Shown one piece after another: positions 1-13,870 of a stretch of DNA of 60,371 nucleotides. The position numbers and the translations under genes are program-made. How positions within the stretch are numbered: the stretch's first letter is position 1; every line of letters starts with the position of its first letter. Under the pieces are notes generated by a model. The model was not told the origin of the DNA and ran no database searches. It saw nothing but the letters and a program-made list of their open reading frames with translations. The DNA comes from Phoronis australis (Eukaryota; Animalia; Phoronida). The stretch covers positions 1 to 60,371 of the forward strand of contig NMRA01000122.1 of the NCBI GenBank assembly GCA_002633005.1. The letters are read 5' to 3'.

Positions 1-3000
1 TTAAAAATAACAATAACACCATTACAAGTCACTGCCTTGAAGAGATAACCCCCAAAAGGTTTGTCATATTTATAGATTTTTCAAGAGGAGGTCTGAAAGT
101 GGAAGTTTCTAAATGAGAATATTGGTTCCTGGTTCAAATGCACCAATAAGATACATACAGTGCTCCAATAAGACATGTTTACAGTCTCAAGGCAGCTCCA
201 ACCCAGCCCTTAACCAATCACCAATAGGCTCAAAGCTGCTCACACAAGCAGAGAGGTATATTTATTTGTTCTACATTAATGAACACATGTAATGGAATAT
301 ACTATGTAACAGAAGCCCCAATCAAAACATCTACCTACAGCACATGATAGGGGGTAGCATGTGACTTAGAGGTAGAGTTGTTGCAGGTTCCAATCTAAAC
401 ATCCACCCACAGGACTGGAGGCAGTGTTGTGCCCTTGTGGTAGAGTTGTTCCAAATCATATAGGAAAGTGGACCATGTAGGAATTCATACTTAGCGAAAC
501 AACATAGGAATTGTAAAGTGTGATATCAAAATAGTGTTCACCTTTGCAAGTTCAAATATCAACTGTATGTAAATATAAATCGCTCATTAAGCATACGATG
601 CTGTGGCATGATCACTAATATTCTACCAGTCCTGCCTTCTGGACCAGGGAAGGCTGTATATAGAGATGAAAATGAATAATTTTTCATGATGTTCTGGTAG
701 AAAATTCAGTCACAGGTACAGTAGGTACACCAAGGATATCAGGAAATCCATCTTTTTAAATGGGATCCGCTCAAAAGACGGAACTTGGACTACAAGAACA
801 AAACTAAAGAGACTATCACCTTAGTAACACAAACATGCTAACTGAAGGAACAAAGTACATGCCTTTTTTAAGACTTTTTGATCCCAAAAATGAACCATTT
901 TCAGCTGTATTGAATTAATGATGAAAAGACACACTTTTGTATGTAAATTGTGGTAAGAAGTCACCCTCTACAACTTTAGAACCATGAATTACCAATGCTC
1001 TGTACTAAACATACACATGTGGACATTCTCGGCAATGTTGGAAACCTTGAAAAATTAGAAAAGGACTACCGGGGGGGGGGGGGGGTACTTTGGAATTATG
1101 TTGTCGGGCATTGGTGAGAATTTATCGTATGACCATATAGATCAATGAATTTTCGTCGCAGATTCAAGATCCAAAATTAGCATAAAAAACAAGTTTTTCA
1201 GTTTCGATTATGTCACCACAGCTGTTACCATTCAACCTTGAAACCATGGATATCGACCTTGAGACTATGGACATTGATAGGCTTCCCAAAGATAAAAATT
1301 CAATCATTAGAACACATGTGTTTTGAGTTGCACTACATTGGACAGCTGTGTATATGGGCAACATCTCATTAGACCAGTTTGGCAGACAACTAATGACCCT
1401 TCTCAGACATTCTCATTGAATCTGCAAGGTTTAACAAACAAAGGGATAAAAATTATTCACCGTTGTCATAGCAACAGAATGCATCCAGTGAGAAGTCAAT
1501 TCAAGTCATGCTTTCAAAGAACATAGGACAAGTAATAGATCTAGAAATAAAGAACACAACACAATAGCTTCAGTCTGCTAACAGTAGTACTTTGAGCATT
1601 GTACTAGTCACAGTGCTAACATTAATTGAATGATTTGATACATAATAATGGGTCCAATCAATGGTTTGAAACTCTGAGCCAGAAGGACTTAATGATTTTA
1701 TGATTTGTGAAGGTACTCAAGATAGGTCAAGTTCCTATAATTTGTATTTGGTATTAAGGCTGATTAATAACCGAATTATCGTATTAGCTTCAATATCAGT
1801 TTTTGGGCCATAAAATAAATAGAAAATGACAAAACATTTCACAAAACATTCATGCTTAGATACTGATTGTCAGACATTTAGTCGAAGTTCAGTCAAGCAT
1901 CATCACTGAGTAACTCTTTACACAATGACTGCAATGATAATCATTTTTCAATTTTCAGTACGAACCCACAGTTCAATTAGAAAATAGTATAAACCCAGCC
2001 ATTTTGTAACAAAATTTTATAACCCACTAAAACTGGTTTCAACTTGTATCTTACTCAGATGAGCAAGGTTTTCGCAGGGATAAATGGAAAAAATGAAAGT
2101 TCGCCTGTGCTTGAGACCACGCTCAGCATAAAATGACCCAGAGTGGCAAGCCAACTTAACTAGCCTGGTCTCAAACAATAGCTGTGTAACGGAAATTTCT
2201 TCTCAAGCCAGGAAATTCACTCTAATATGAAGAAAGAACAAGTTGAGAATAGTTTTAAATAACGTTAAGATGTTTAAACCAACATTTTGGCGGAAAGCAC
2301 ATTTATAACCACTATATTAACACAAGCCTTAGAATAATTTGGATGAAAATAAATTTCTGAGGTGTAAAAATGTTAATGCCCAGTAACTCTAGAGCTTTAG
2401 GCCTAGAGTAGTGAAAATTTACCAGAATAACCTTGGTATGTATCACAGATGCTTCAAATTGTTGAATATATAAGTGCTCATAGTGTATTCTACTGATCAA
2501 CACACACAGCCATGTGTAGAATAACAATACAAGGATATACATATACAAACAAGGTAAATAACATAATTAGATACAGGGTTAGTTCCCCAGGGTTAGTGAA
2601 CCAATAGAAGTACCATCTGATAACTCGTGCTCAAATTCTCTCCAACATCTTTCATCAGACAATGTTTTGCAAAGTGTACATTTTCAACGTTAGGAGACAT
2701 TGAAAATCTAAAAGGGCAATTTTGTGAATTATTTTTGTACGAAATTGGTCAGATTTTAGTGTACTGGACCCATAAGTCTCAGTTTAGTGTCAGATAAGGC
2801 AGCAGAATAGAACACAAAATGAAAGCACCACGCACTGGTCACCTCAAGTTCTTTGTAAACCATAGTTTGGTTCATGTTTAGGGGTGGAAGCTTTGGTTTT
2901 GGATTTTCAACACAGCTAAACTACATCTCTAATTACATATAAAATCAGACAAGGCTCATGGATTGATTCTGTCCACAAGAAGATTCAGCGCATAGAAACA

Positions 3001-3550
3001 CATCTGTCAACTGTCATGAACATCCTCTGGGGGATTTTGGAGAGACCGCAGAGGATGCCGGACAGAGACGATGGCATAGAGACAACATGTAAACATATGG
3101 GCTCATAATTTCAATTTCAACCCAGCCATGATGCACATATCTTTGATTAAAATAATGATACATGATGTCAGTGGTTAGTTAAGTTTATAGGTCTAGTTAA
3201 TAAACAACTCTAATGCCAAAATACTTTTGTTAAAACACCTTCCAAACTACAATGCACAGACCTCTGGTGACCAGTTAGCACTATACCGTAATATATCGTT
3301 CATGGTAAAGGTGCACTGTCTGAATGCTGGTCAGCTTCAGCAGTAATAGGGTTCATTGTGTGAGCAATAAGTTTCTACTGTGCAAATTAGTGTTTTGTAC
3401 AGGGCAGTAAGGGTTCTGCTCCTTGGGAGGAGTTCTCCATATGGCCTGTAGTATGGCTGCAATATCCTGCCCTACAAATGGGCGCTTATCTCCACCTTTT
3501 CAGAACAAACTTCTGCGTGTGTGAGGTATGTTTTAAAAAGATAACGTCAC

Positions 3551-4951
3551 CAGGGCCCGGTCTCCAATCTCCGTACTCAGACTCCTACTCATACTCGAGA
3601 TTTCATACTCAAAATCGTGCTCACTTAAGTCGTACTCAAAAAAGCGTATCTAATGTTGCATTTCGAGTAGACTCCAAATGTACTCAAATCTGACACTCAT
3701 ACTCGAGTTGCTATGGAACTTTTTATGATGTGAAATGCAAAACCACACAAAGTCGCGCTGATTCATCGCTCCCTATTGGCATAGAACACCCCAGCACCTA
3801 CATTATCGTCTGCTGTCACTACAACTACAAGAGTATGACGTGGAATTCTGAGTGTTCTGTAACTGTTATTCATTTTTTCAGTTTCAATACAATATTCTTA
3901 TACCATTTCTTTGATACATTTGACAATTATTAAGCTTTACTTCTTGAGTTCCTCATGTCCCAACAATATCTTAAGAAATTTGTAACAGCTTAAATCACAT
4001 CAACGAACCCCTGTTCCATGTGTGTTCTCTCTTGCTACTTTAGTATTGACATAGAACCCATATTGCTGTGTAGGCCTAAGCTGATGTCAAAATTTTGATA
4101 CTGTATCTTTGTATTTTACCCGGATGTATCAAGCTAGTTGATATTTGGCATGTGAGTTAAAAAACAATACATGTGCAGGCATTCAGAGTTCACCAGTGAC
4201 CGGGACGAAACTTAGAAATCAGGAAACAAAATCTGGAATACAATTTGGGGATTGAGGAATTATAGATGACTAAACAATGATGTGAAATGTACCTGACAGG
4301 GAAGCAAACTGTTTTAACTTTCGCCTCCTCGTCGTTTGGAAACCCTGAAAATCGTAGACACACCTACTGAAATAAGGGCAGCACAAACTTCTCACACTTT
4401 TCCCACAACTGCTTTTGACACTTGTGATGACTCGTCGACAAGGGATTAGAATGCACCTGTTGCCAGGAATCGTAGAGTAAGGAGTTTATGAATTGGCAGT
4501 TATGACATGCAGTGATACCGCGGGTTAATACGGTGAAGAATAAGAAGATTTAAAATGAAAATTATTATCTCTGAACTGAAATTGATGCCCTGAAATGTAT
4601 GGTAAGAAGACTTAGTTTTTTTAGATTTGCTGTGTCTGTCGGTGGCCCTTCGATATTTTGTTCTCTCGCTCGTATTTATTTTCGAGTACGATTTCAAGCA
4701 CACTGCCAGACCAAACTTGAAATTTGGAGCATTATACTCTAAATTTTATGCAAAATCTTACTTAAAATATAGATGAGATACACTTCAGTTCAAGTATACT
4801 CGAAAACTGAGAACATGCTCAAAATTTGGAGAACAGATTTTTCGAGTATGACATTGAATACACCAAAGCTGAGTCTGTACTCGAGTTGAGAATGAAGTTT
4901 GAGTTTGAGCATGATTCGACTCTGAGTACGGTGATTGGAGACCGGGCACAG
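3551..4951. mobile_element. Non-autonomous TIR DNA transposon (Harbinger-like or hAT5-like)
   Basis: TIR gcccggtctccaatc.ccgtactcaga at both ends; subterminal TACTC/GAGTA motif arrays; flanks read as CAG (3 bp) or GTCAC (5 bp) TSD. Confidence 0.8.
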
Positions 4952-5214
4952 GTCACACCTATCAGACTTCAACTAAACTACAGTCGCCTACTACCCTCTG
5001 AACTCGGACAGATCAACAGACACACTCAGTCACTTATGCCACAGCTGCTCGTCATGACACTACATTCATTATGAGTCTGGCGTCGAGTGGCTGTGAGAAC
5101 TCGACGTGTCGTAAGGTACTAAACAGCAAACAATAACATGTCGACATTGTCAATGACATCCCGTTATTCAACCCGTCTCGGGAAGATTACTGATTACTCG
5201 CATTCTTGTTAAGT

Positions 5215-5643
5215 CAAGGTACCTAAACTACACGGTCAACGGACTCATAAACACGGGCACGGACGCATGAACACGACTCACGGACCTGCAAACACCGTCC
5301 ACTGACTCACAAACACGGGAACGGACTCACAAAACACGATCCACGCACCCAAATACACGGGACACGGACTCACATTCACGAGGAAACACGGTTAACGGAC
5401 CGCCAAACACGGGCCACGGACTCATCGGCTTCCTGGGTCAGCTGACATCGTCATTTTGTTCGTGACCCGTGTTTGGCGGTCCGTTAACCGTGTTTCCTCG
5501 TGAATGTGAGTCCGTGTCCCGTGTATTTGGGTGCGTGGATCGTGTTTTTGAGTCCGTTCCCGTGTTTGTGAGTCAGTGGACGGTGTTTGCAGGTCCGTGA
5601 GTCGTGTTTATGAGTCCGTTGACCGTGTAGTTTAGGTACCTTG
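5215..5643. mobile_element. Fold-back MITE, ~180-200-bp arms made of CACGGACTC-like subrepeats
   Basis: CAAGGTACC...GGTACCTTG termini; near-perfect long inverted arms; TAAGT 5-bp TSD. Confidence 0.88.
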
Positions 5644-8618
5644 TAAGTGTGGGCATCCAAATTATGAGAAATAATGGAAGCTGCACAGAGAAACAATAAT
5701 GACATTTTATCCCGACACTTTACCTGCAGTTACCTGGTCGCCTGCTCCGGAAACTGCCCAACTGAATGATGCCGCCGCAGCAGTCAATTGGACGAGTTCA
5801 ATTAAACGGGGACACAAAGGATTTAGTTTGTTAAAAAGTATAACAAGGTAATATCATTGCGAATGGGCAGGCGTATTCTTAAAAATAAAACACTTCTTGA
5901 TAGATTTCAGTATACAATAAATTGTATTTTACGACTTTATGACAGTTTTTTTAAATTGTAATCAGTGGGTAACACCCTGGGAATTATTAGTTCACCCATA
6001 AATACTACAAAGCGACGTCTTTCGGGTTGCAGATAAGGCGTATTGCGACTGTTATGCGTGAACTTGGAATAGATTTCTACTCCGAGTTCACGCAAGTGAT
6101 CTTGAGATTAAGCAAGCGTTTGCGACATCTAGTGTGCAACTGTTAAGTAAAATTTTGAATGCGGGTCAGTCTCGTGGACACGAATTTGATAGCCATGAGT
6201 TATTGTTTGTGTTTAAATTATTTTTATTGCCCATTATGCATGTTATTCTGGTCTTGGTAATTGTTTCCATGAGGTGGCTCGACTGGGATATTTGGGTGAG
6301 TGACTGGCAACCTGGAACCTTTGCAATGAAAAGGATTAAGAGCTAGGTCGGAAACAATGAATAACTAGCGAGTAGGCCTACCTACCGTACCGAGAGGGGT
6401 TTTGCATTGAAAAGTTTATCATGCCCCGTTGTACCTGTCACCTCATCCCCCCGTGTATACGCCAGTGCTTAGAGCTCGTAATTGGTGGAAGTGTTTTCAT
6501 TTGCACTATGACATTGTCAATCGTTGGCAGCACGGGGATGATCTGGAACCTTTCTTATCTGATAAAGAAGAATTTCAGATAACACTTGTTGAGTAACGGT
6601 GTTATTTTTGGAAAATAAAGTAGAAATACTAATTTCGTTTTAAATGTGCAACTTAATGAATATTAGTTCTTCATTGGTATTCTGTGTGATGTCATCAGGT
6701 CTAAATATTGATGACAATCAGACAATAGTTACAGAACACAACTCTCTGAGGAAAAAACACTTTCCTGATACTGAGGACAACCTTCAAAGACAATGACAAC
6801 TGCATAAAAAAGCTGAAAATCGCCTATCTTGCATAACGAAAAAACAATATTAACACAACTTAGATATGTCATTACCTCTGTATGCTCCTCACTCACATGG
6901 GCACATTTTTATCAAACATTACTGTATGCCACCATGTTTCAGTCCAGTTGTTAAATGTTATCAACTGTATTTAGAGATGTCGATAACCTGCAAAAGACGC
7001 ATATGCATATGTTACCTCACTCAGTCTAACACGGTTGCTTTTCAAACAGCGAACTGCTGGGCAGTGGTTTGTAAGATATTGTGCCAAAGCAAGTGGTATG
7101 GACAGCATATTACTTCACGGGGCACTTTTGTCTGCACATCATGAAGTCTTTACATAGGGCCTACATGTATTGTTATGTGGATCTGTACTGAGCAGAGAAA
7201 GGTAAAAATATCGTAGGGCAGAAAAAATCTTATCATCTATATGAGAACATTCAAAACCTGTTAACAGTCAACTCATTCATTTATAGGTTGTAATTAGTTG
7301 TCTATAGCATAGGCGGGGACCCAGGGGGCCCGCCCCAGCAAAATGAAGCAGAAACAGCGAGAAGCGCGAAGAAAAAGAGCCAGTCCACCGATAGATTTTC
7401 TCACAAATTTCGGGCTCCCTTTGCACATAACGCGCGCTTTGCCCAATTCTCTGAGGCAACATGTTGGGCCGCTCCCTTATGGTAACCTAAATCCGCCACC
7501 ACCCCGGCCAACCCGCGATCGAGAACGACCGGAAAGCGATCGAGAACGAAATTTGGGGCGAGAAGCGAAGCCATGCAAGGTGAGTAAATTTGATGAATTT
7601 TCGTTGTTTTTTCTTCCAATGTGAAAACAGAGACATGACTTCAAGGCGTAACACATTTAGGAAGGGCAGGTAGAGGTTTAGACTAGTGTCTCTCCCAATT
7701 GTAGGAGAAAAGTTACGTTTACCGAGGCATCGCTTAAGCCGAAGGTGATTTGTATGTCATTGGCAAATTGCCGTTATTTTTGGCTCTAAATCAATAAATT
7801 GACCATGGAGTTATGAAGAAATGACGTGTGAAAATATAACGCAGAAAACGCTTGTTTTTTGTAGTTTTGTCAGGATCTCTGGTTTTTCGATGCTTTTCTT
7901 TTTAAAGATGCGATCGAGAACGCAACGATAAGCGATCGGGAACGCAAATTTGTGTTTGTTTATGCGATCGGGAACGCATTGTGGTGTGTCGAACAGTAAT
8001 GAACTTTTACTTATAAAACGTGAAAAGGTTACAAAATAAGTGTGGAGCAATGAATTATAGTTACTGTGTTACTTTCGTATCAAAACTGACCAACAACATA
8101 GCATATTTCCATTAAATGCCATGAGCACTTAATGTACATCAAGTACAATTTTAGTTTCACAAACGAATTTATTCTCATTTCAGGAAACAAAATCACTGTT
8201 AATGTGAGGCGAGCTTCAATGAACACGACGTGAAGGTACACTCGACCAGGGTTTTGAAAAGTACAGGCCAGACATGTACTTTTAGACCAAACCACTGAGA
8301 ACAAGGGTTTCTAAACTGAAGACCAGGAGTTGTTCCATGTGGCCTGTCAGCCAGGGGTAAACACATTGTTGCAGCACCGAGGTGAAAGCGAGTGTAGAAT
8401 CTTCTTGTAAAATTGTGACAGCAAAAGGAAAAAACAAATAGCCAGTGAAGTCAAAGAATGATGATGAGCTTGCTCATGGGGAGCCGAGAGAGGAGAGTGC
8501 GGCAACACTTCACAAGATGATCCAAAGATTCTCACTCTTAAACGTGTGGGATCAAAAATTGACCAGAAGTTGTGTAAACTGGTGTGCTGATAAAACAATT
8601 TTAAGCGAGCCACGCCCT

Positions 8619-9022
8619 TGCTTATACTTGGAATTGGGTAGAAAAAAATGCGAATGCGCCCAGAAGTGCTCTCTCTCAAAGTAATAGAAAAAAGCATTTA
8701 AAATGTATTGCAACCAGTTACCGAATTTTTGGTGAGTTTTTGTAAAGCAGAAATTGCTTAAACTTGGAATTGGGTAGAAAAAACTGAGAATGTGCTCAAA
8801 AGTGTTCCAAAATTAATAGAAAATGCATTTAAAATGTCTTGCAACCAGTTACCGAATGTTCGGTTTGCCATGTGATCTTTTGTAAAGCAGAAATTGAATT
8901 ATTCCAAGTTAAAGCAAGGGCGTATCTTGCTTAAACTTGAAATTTACGAGGTAGAATAAACTCGTCCAGAAGTCTTCCGAAATTAATAGAAAATGCATAT
9001 AAAATGTATTGCAACCAGTTAG
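8619..9022. repeat. Degenerate tandem repeat, ~3 units of 140-170 bp
   Basis: Recurring cttggaattgggtagaaaaaa ... aaaatgtattgcaaccagtta. Confidence 0.75.
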
Positions 9023-10329
9023 TGAGTGTTTAATTCACCTCTTGATCAAACATCAACCAGTCAGTAATTTCAAACATCAGGCTTTATTTTTATATTGGAA
9101 TAGGCAGCAACACAGAAATAATACGACTCAAATGGCCACCGTAGCCGTAGGGCTATGACCTTGAATGCCCTGTGCATTACTGAGGGAACATGTCATAATG
9201 TAATAACAATACAGCCCTTAAATGATTTTTTATTCCTGTCCTTCGGTACTAACCAGTATTTATGAACAGGCCACTGGAGCTTTATCTCGATTTTTTCGAA
9301 ATCTTTTCTCTCCGTAGCCTACCGGTTCAGTAACGATTTTAGCCCAAGCGCCTTGTTCTGTGATTGTGTGCCAGGCAGCCGCTTAATTCCAAGTTCACGC
9401 AAGATTCCAAGTTAACGTTCGGGGTTTGGCAGTTTGCTTAATCACTCCAAGTTCACGTACAGCATGACATCGATCAGCAATACTATAGTTTCACTCTGGA
9501 AACCAGTTGGCCAGTTTGATCGGTTGCAAAGAAAATAGCTTTATATATATGGCCTGTATATATATATGTGTGCGAAACTATAGTACGGTCGACATCTTAT
9601 ACTATTTGAAAATCAACTAAAATGTTATCTATTCGTTATTTACAACGTCGAGCAAATCTTACTCTCAATGGGAAGTAACGCACGAGGCCCAAATCTTAAA
9701 TTTTAAGATAAAAATTCAATTTGTAAGAAATCCGTTCTAAGAAAGAAATCTTAAGTGTGACTTAAGTTTCTGATGTAAGTAACTTAACGGATGTGGAAGT
9801 TTCAGAGTTTGGCAGTTGAGACAAATCTTAGACTATAGTCAAAAATGGACTTCAGTCAGTTTCTTGGAATGCGCCCCTGAGCACCAGATTTCCGTTCATT
9901 CACTCGATAAACGGATACCAATAAGGACAACTGGGAAAATAATAACTTATGAGTGCTGAAATAGACTTCTTTCTGAACTTCAATGACCACACAAACATAC
10001 CCGCTGCAAAAAGGCATCTCGCCAAATCAATGTTTTGTCGGAAACCACCTTAGGCCTACAACAATTAAACAGCCAATTCAGCATATGCATTTGTAAGAGG
10101 GGCTCGGTTTTTCGGGAATCGTGAGCGGACTCTTTTTGTGGCCGTGATGCTGGAAATGCCTGTGTTTCAGGAATGGAAGTTTATTGGTACTGGGGTTCGA
10201 AACGAATTTGACTCCGGTAATCGCGAAAGGGCCAAAACATCCTGATAAACGAGAATGTGTCCACCCTAATTTCCTCCTCTTATATATATGGCCTGTATAT
10301 ATGAAAATTTAATTTTTGATCACTAACTT

Positions 10330-10720
10330 GGATAATCTGTACTAAATAAAACACGGAAAAACTTGCCTCAGGATTTGTCTAAAACAACCATATTAGTAGT
10401 TACATGTAGCTTTATGATGAGTTGTTAAATAAAGCAAGCCTCACACTACTGCATGTACCGTGACCACATCCAAACTATGGTCCTTAATTTACAAAATCTC
10501 ATACATGACAAATCCCATAAATATCTCAATGACTGACTCCGCGCTAGGGCTGATCTGGCTCACAAAAAGATTTAATTGTTATACTATTCCACAAAACATA
10601 ATTGAAAAGATATTAACTCACTCCATTCACGCCTTCTCCTCAGCCGCAAAAACTCACCTATTCAAAAAACCATTTAGAAAAATGCGCAATATCAAACCGC
10701 AGAATCTGTGCATCTAGGCG
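10330..10720 (+). pseudogene. Degraded CR1/L2-like LINE ORF2 3' fragment
   Basis: Interrupted translation GFV*NNHISSY..YDELLNKASL..LIHDKSHKYLND..HAFSSAAK resembles the CR1 ORF2 C-terminus. Confidence 0.45.
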
Positions 10721-11388
10721 TTTTTAAAGTTTTAAATTTATAAAGTATTAGAGAGATGTGTCTTACTTAGTATCACAGCTTATTCTTGTTTCCCTGCGCT
10801 GTGCAATGAATTTCAATCATATAGTTATGCTTGCCTATCCATTTTTTATTTCCAGTTATTCCTTTAAAATGTTCTTCTTCTTAAAGTATTATATAATGCA
10901 TAACGTATTCATTCTTTTTTCCTTTGTAGTTCCAAACATGTTAAAGTTTAGGTTATGTCATTCTTAACCTGTACCTTATTTTAGTTTCTCCCATTGTAAT
11001 ACCTAGATATTTGTCCCTTGTACTTGTACACATTTTACATAGATATATATTTTGTTGATACTCGAAACAGGTTGTTGTTTCGCTCATGTAGTGAGATAAG
11101 TTGTTGAAACGAATACTTAGTTTATTTTGACTAACTACATATATAGATATAAGTGGCTTTCATGAAAGGGGCTCCTTACCCTTTTGAAAGTCTCCTTGCC
11201 TTGTTTTGATGTTTCTAAAGTAATCAATGACTATTATACATATAGTCTTAGTAAAACCTCAGTTTAATTGTTTACCTTTGATCAATTCAAGTCTCACTCT
11301 TGTCACTTTAAGTTGCGCTCAGTAGGCCTAAGTGGGAACGACTTGTGTAGATGCATAATTATTTGTATTATGAATGACTAAATAAACT

Positions 11389-11440
11389 ATCCATCCGTCC
11401 GTCCGTCCGTCCGTCCGTCTGTTCGTTCGTCCATCCATCT
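11389..11440. repeat. (CCGT/CCAT)n microsatellite
   Basis: Direct reading. Confidence 0.9.
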
Positions 11441-12683
11441 ATGACTTTCTCACCGACAATGTCACCTTGATGACCTGGCGGAAAATGTGGTGAAAAGATG
11501 TAATGTTTGCACTTTATTACCACCAGATGTCATTTTCCCTGTTGCTGACGGTGTCTAGGTCTACACTTTACCTCTAAACTGCTGAACTTGATGCGTGGAA
11601 TTGGATAGCCTGTTTACCCCTCAGGGTAGAAATTTAGCACGTGCATAGCGCCTTCGTTCTCAGACGACTGTCTTATGGGATTCGATGGGGACTTGTTTGC
11701 GCGAGTGTTTAGCTTCGTAACCACATCGTAATGGACAAAGTTCCATTTACCACTAAGGGGTTTCTCTGTCGAAAGAGCACCAACATGTTGTCAAGATCTT
11801 GATGCCGTATCAAATACGAAGTTTATGAATGCCAACATGGATTATGTTGCTAAATTCTCTTTCGTTCATATTTCTTCACGTCTTGTATCTACAAATAGCA
11901 CTTAGTTGTGTTGTTTTCAGTGTTTATTAAACTATCGACAAACCGATGTAAAATAAATATTTAACTTGTTTACTAATTCTTACAAGTGTAATTAAGCAGC
12001 TACGTCTACTACTCCATTCACAACATGGCTAAAGCGTCAACACTTGCGCAAGTAACAAACACTAGTAATGTGAAAGGCTAAAAGTGTCACATTTTCTAAC
12101 GCTTTGCTGGCGGTTTCAGTAACCCGAAAGCTGTTGGCGTTTTCGCTTACACTTTGGTGCCAGACCACTTAGGCCTACTTCGGAGGACACACATGCGCAA
12201 GGATGGGAAGAATATGTTTATCGTCGCAATAACCAGTTTCTGGCAGGGAGTGAACGCCGTTTCGAAATCAAATTTCGCTAAAGGCGATGCTGGTGGCGAG
12301 GGAACAAACTATCTGCTGGCGAATGACCACGACGCGGGCAAGTTGCTTCCCTGGCTTAAATGCTCACAAAAACGTTAATTTTATGTGTAAGTCATCGCTT
12401 TTCGGCCACTCACATGAACCTAGAATACGAACTGACATTGGCCCATAATTGAGCATGAAGCTCCGGAAAATTTGCGTTCACCATTCTGAACATATAACAC
12501 TGTGCAGCCAAGTGCCTGTGCTACAAAGTGAAGTGCCTAAAATCTGTACTAAACGACAAGAAATTTCCAGACCCGTGTGTCATCCCGGTACATTGCCGTC
12601 CTTGTAGGATGCCAGAGTAAAACCAACTGAGGAAGCGCGTGTCCCGTCAAAATAACATCATTTTGCAAAAGTAGAGTTGTAAA

Positions 12684-12814
12684 AATCCTAGTTTTTCACA
12701 GGGATCTATTCTACAAGTCCAAACCGGTGATGTAGTGATCTAGAAATAATCCTAGTTTTTCACAGGGATCTATTCTACAAGTCCAAACCGGTGATGTAGT
12801 GATCTAGAAATAAT
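12684..12814. repeat. Perfect 64-bp tandem duplication
   Basis: aatcctagtttttcacagggatc...tagaaat at 12684 and 12748. Confidence 0.95.
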
Positions 12815-13626
12815 TTTCATCTCAAGACTCGTCGACCATGTTATTTTCTCCGGCCAAATATAAATAATTCATACTGTGTGGTCGGGGGTATGAACAAAAC
12901 AGTCATTATAAATGTGATACATAACAGGTTATACCTTGACGTACCTCCTTTGATAGGCACGTGTCTGCGGCCATGTGAAACCGCGCCTTTAAGAATTTCT
13001 AGTCACATCCAACAACAGAAATTCAACACATGAAACCACTGGGTAAACCATAGAGCAAATTTAAGAACTATTGTGCGAGTGAAGCACAGTTTGTCCCACA
13101 CGAAACTTTAGACAGGTATTGGTATGCAATCAGTTCAAAAATCAAAAATTCTCCAAGAATACACTAAAACACACAAAACACTGAATCCAAGACATGTGCT
13201 AATTCACATATAGCAGGCTAACCGTTTGCGTATACACATGCGAGGGAAGATTAAACGCTCGTGAAAAAAAAAACGCTTTGAATATAAGAGGACTGTGAAC
13301 AAAAATACGTGATTATGATGATAGCTCTTGAAAGATTAGAAAAACAAGTGTCTATGTTAGTTCAGCCATTCTCGCCATGCACTGCAAGGAAGAGCTTCGG
13401 AAAATGTGAGAAAGTATTGCAAAACTATTGATTGAAACATTTACACAGGCAGTGAACTTCAAGAAATTCTCTCAACCGGAGATGTATTGTACACAACTGA
13501 AGCACTCTCATCCAAAACCAATGCACTGCGCAATACTTATCTGCAAGGTTTCATGAATAAATCATAAATAACTTTCTACAGGGAAACGTCTGTGGAAAGG
13601 TGTTCAGTTTTTGACTACCAGCAAGG

Positions 13627-13870
13627 ATGCGTTTCGTGTTTGTACTCGGATATTTCCGGTTCTTTGTGTGTTTTCTAGCTTTTAGTATGACTACTTGTGA
13701 AGAGATGCTTAGAGACGATCGTGAAATAATCTTTGGAGAATCGGATGACCGCGAGGAGTCATTGCTTGAAAACGACCTTTTACCGAACCAAACAACATCT
13801 GCAAGCGCCTCATCTATTTCACCGTCTCCATTGTCTACCGACGAAGAGACTGTTTCCACAACAGCTTCAC
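13627..13870 (+). CDS. LamG-PAN gene exon 1 (signal peptide + acidic Ser/Thr region)
   Basis: MRFVFVLGYFRFFVCFLAFSMTTC hydrophobic leader; phase-1 donor C|GTAAGT. Confidence 0.7.

Noticed and set aside
350-445. tRNA-derived SINE-like remnant (similar hint at ~6150-6200)
   Set aside because: A/B boxes too degraded; no cloverleaf supportable
1860-1912. C/D-box snoRNA-like GTGATGA...CTGA on - strand
   Set aside because: Box spacing too short and no identifiable guide or host gene
540-5800. Possible minus-strand spliced gene (exon-like pieces near 4294-4345, 2845-2920, 5734-5800, 710-790)
   Set aside because: Could not join the phases or recognise a protein; one piece lies inside a transposon
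12960-12992. Kolobok-like end GCGCCT-TTAA
   Set aside because: No matching opposite TIR found in the window
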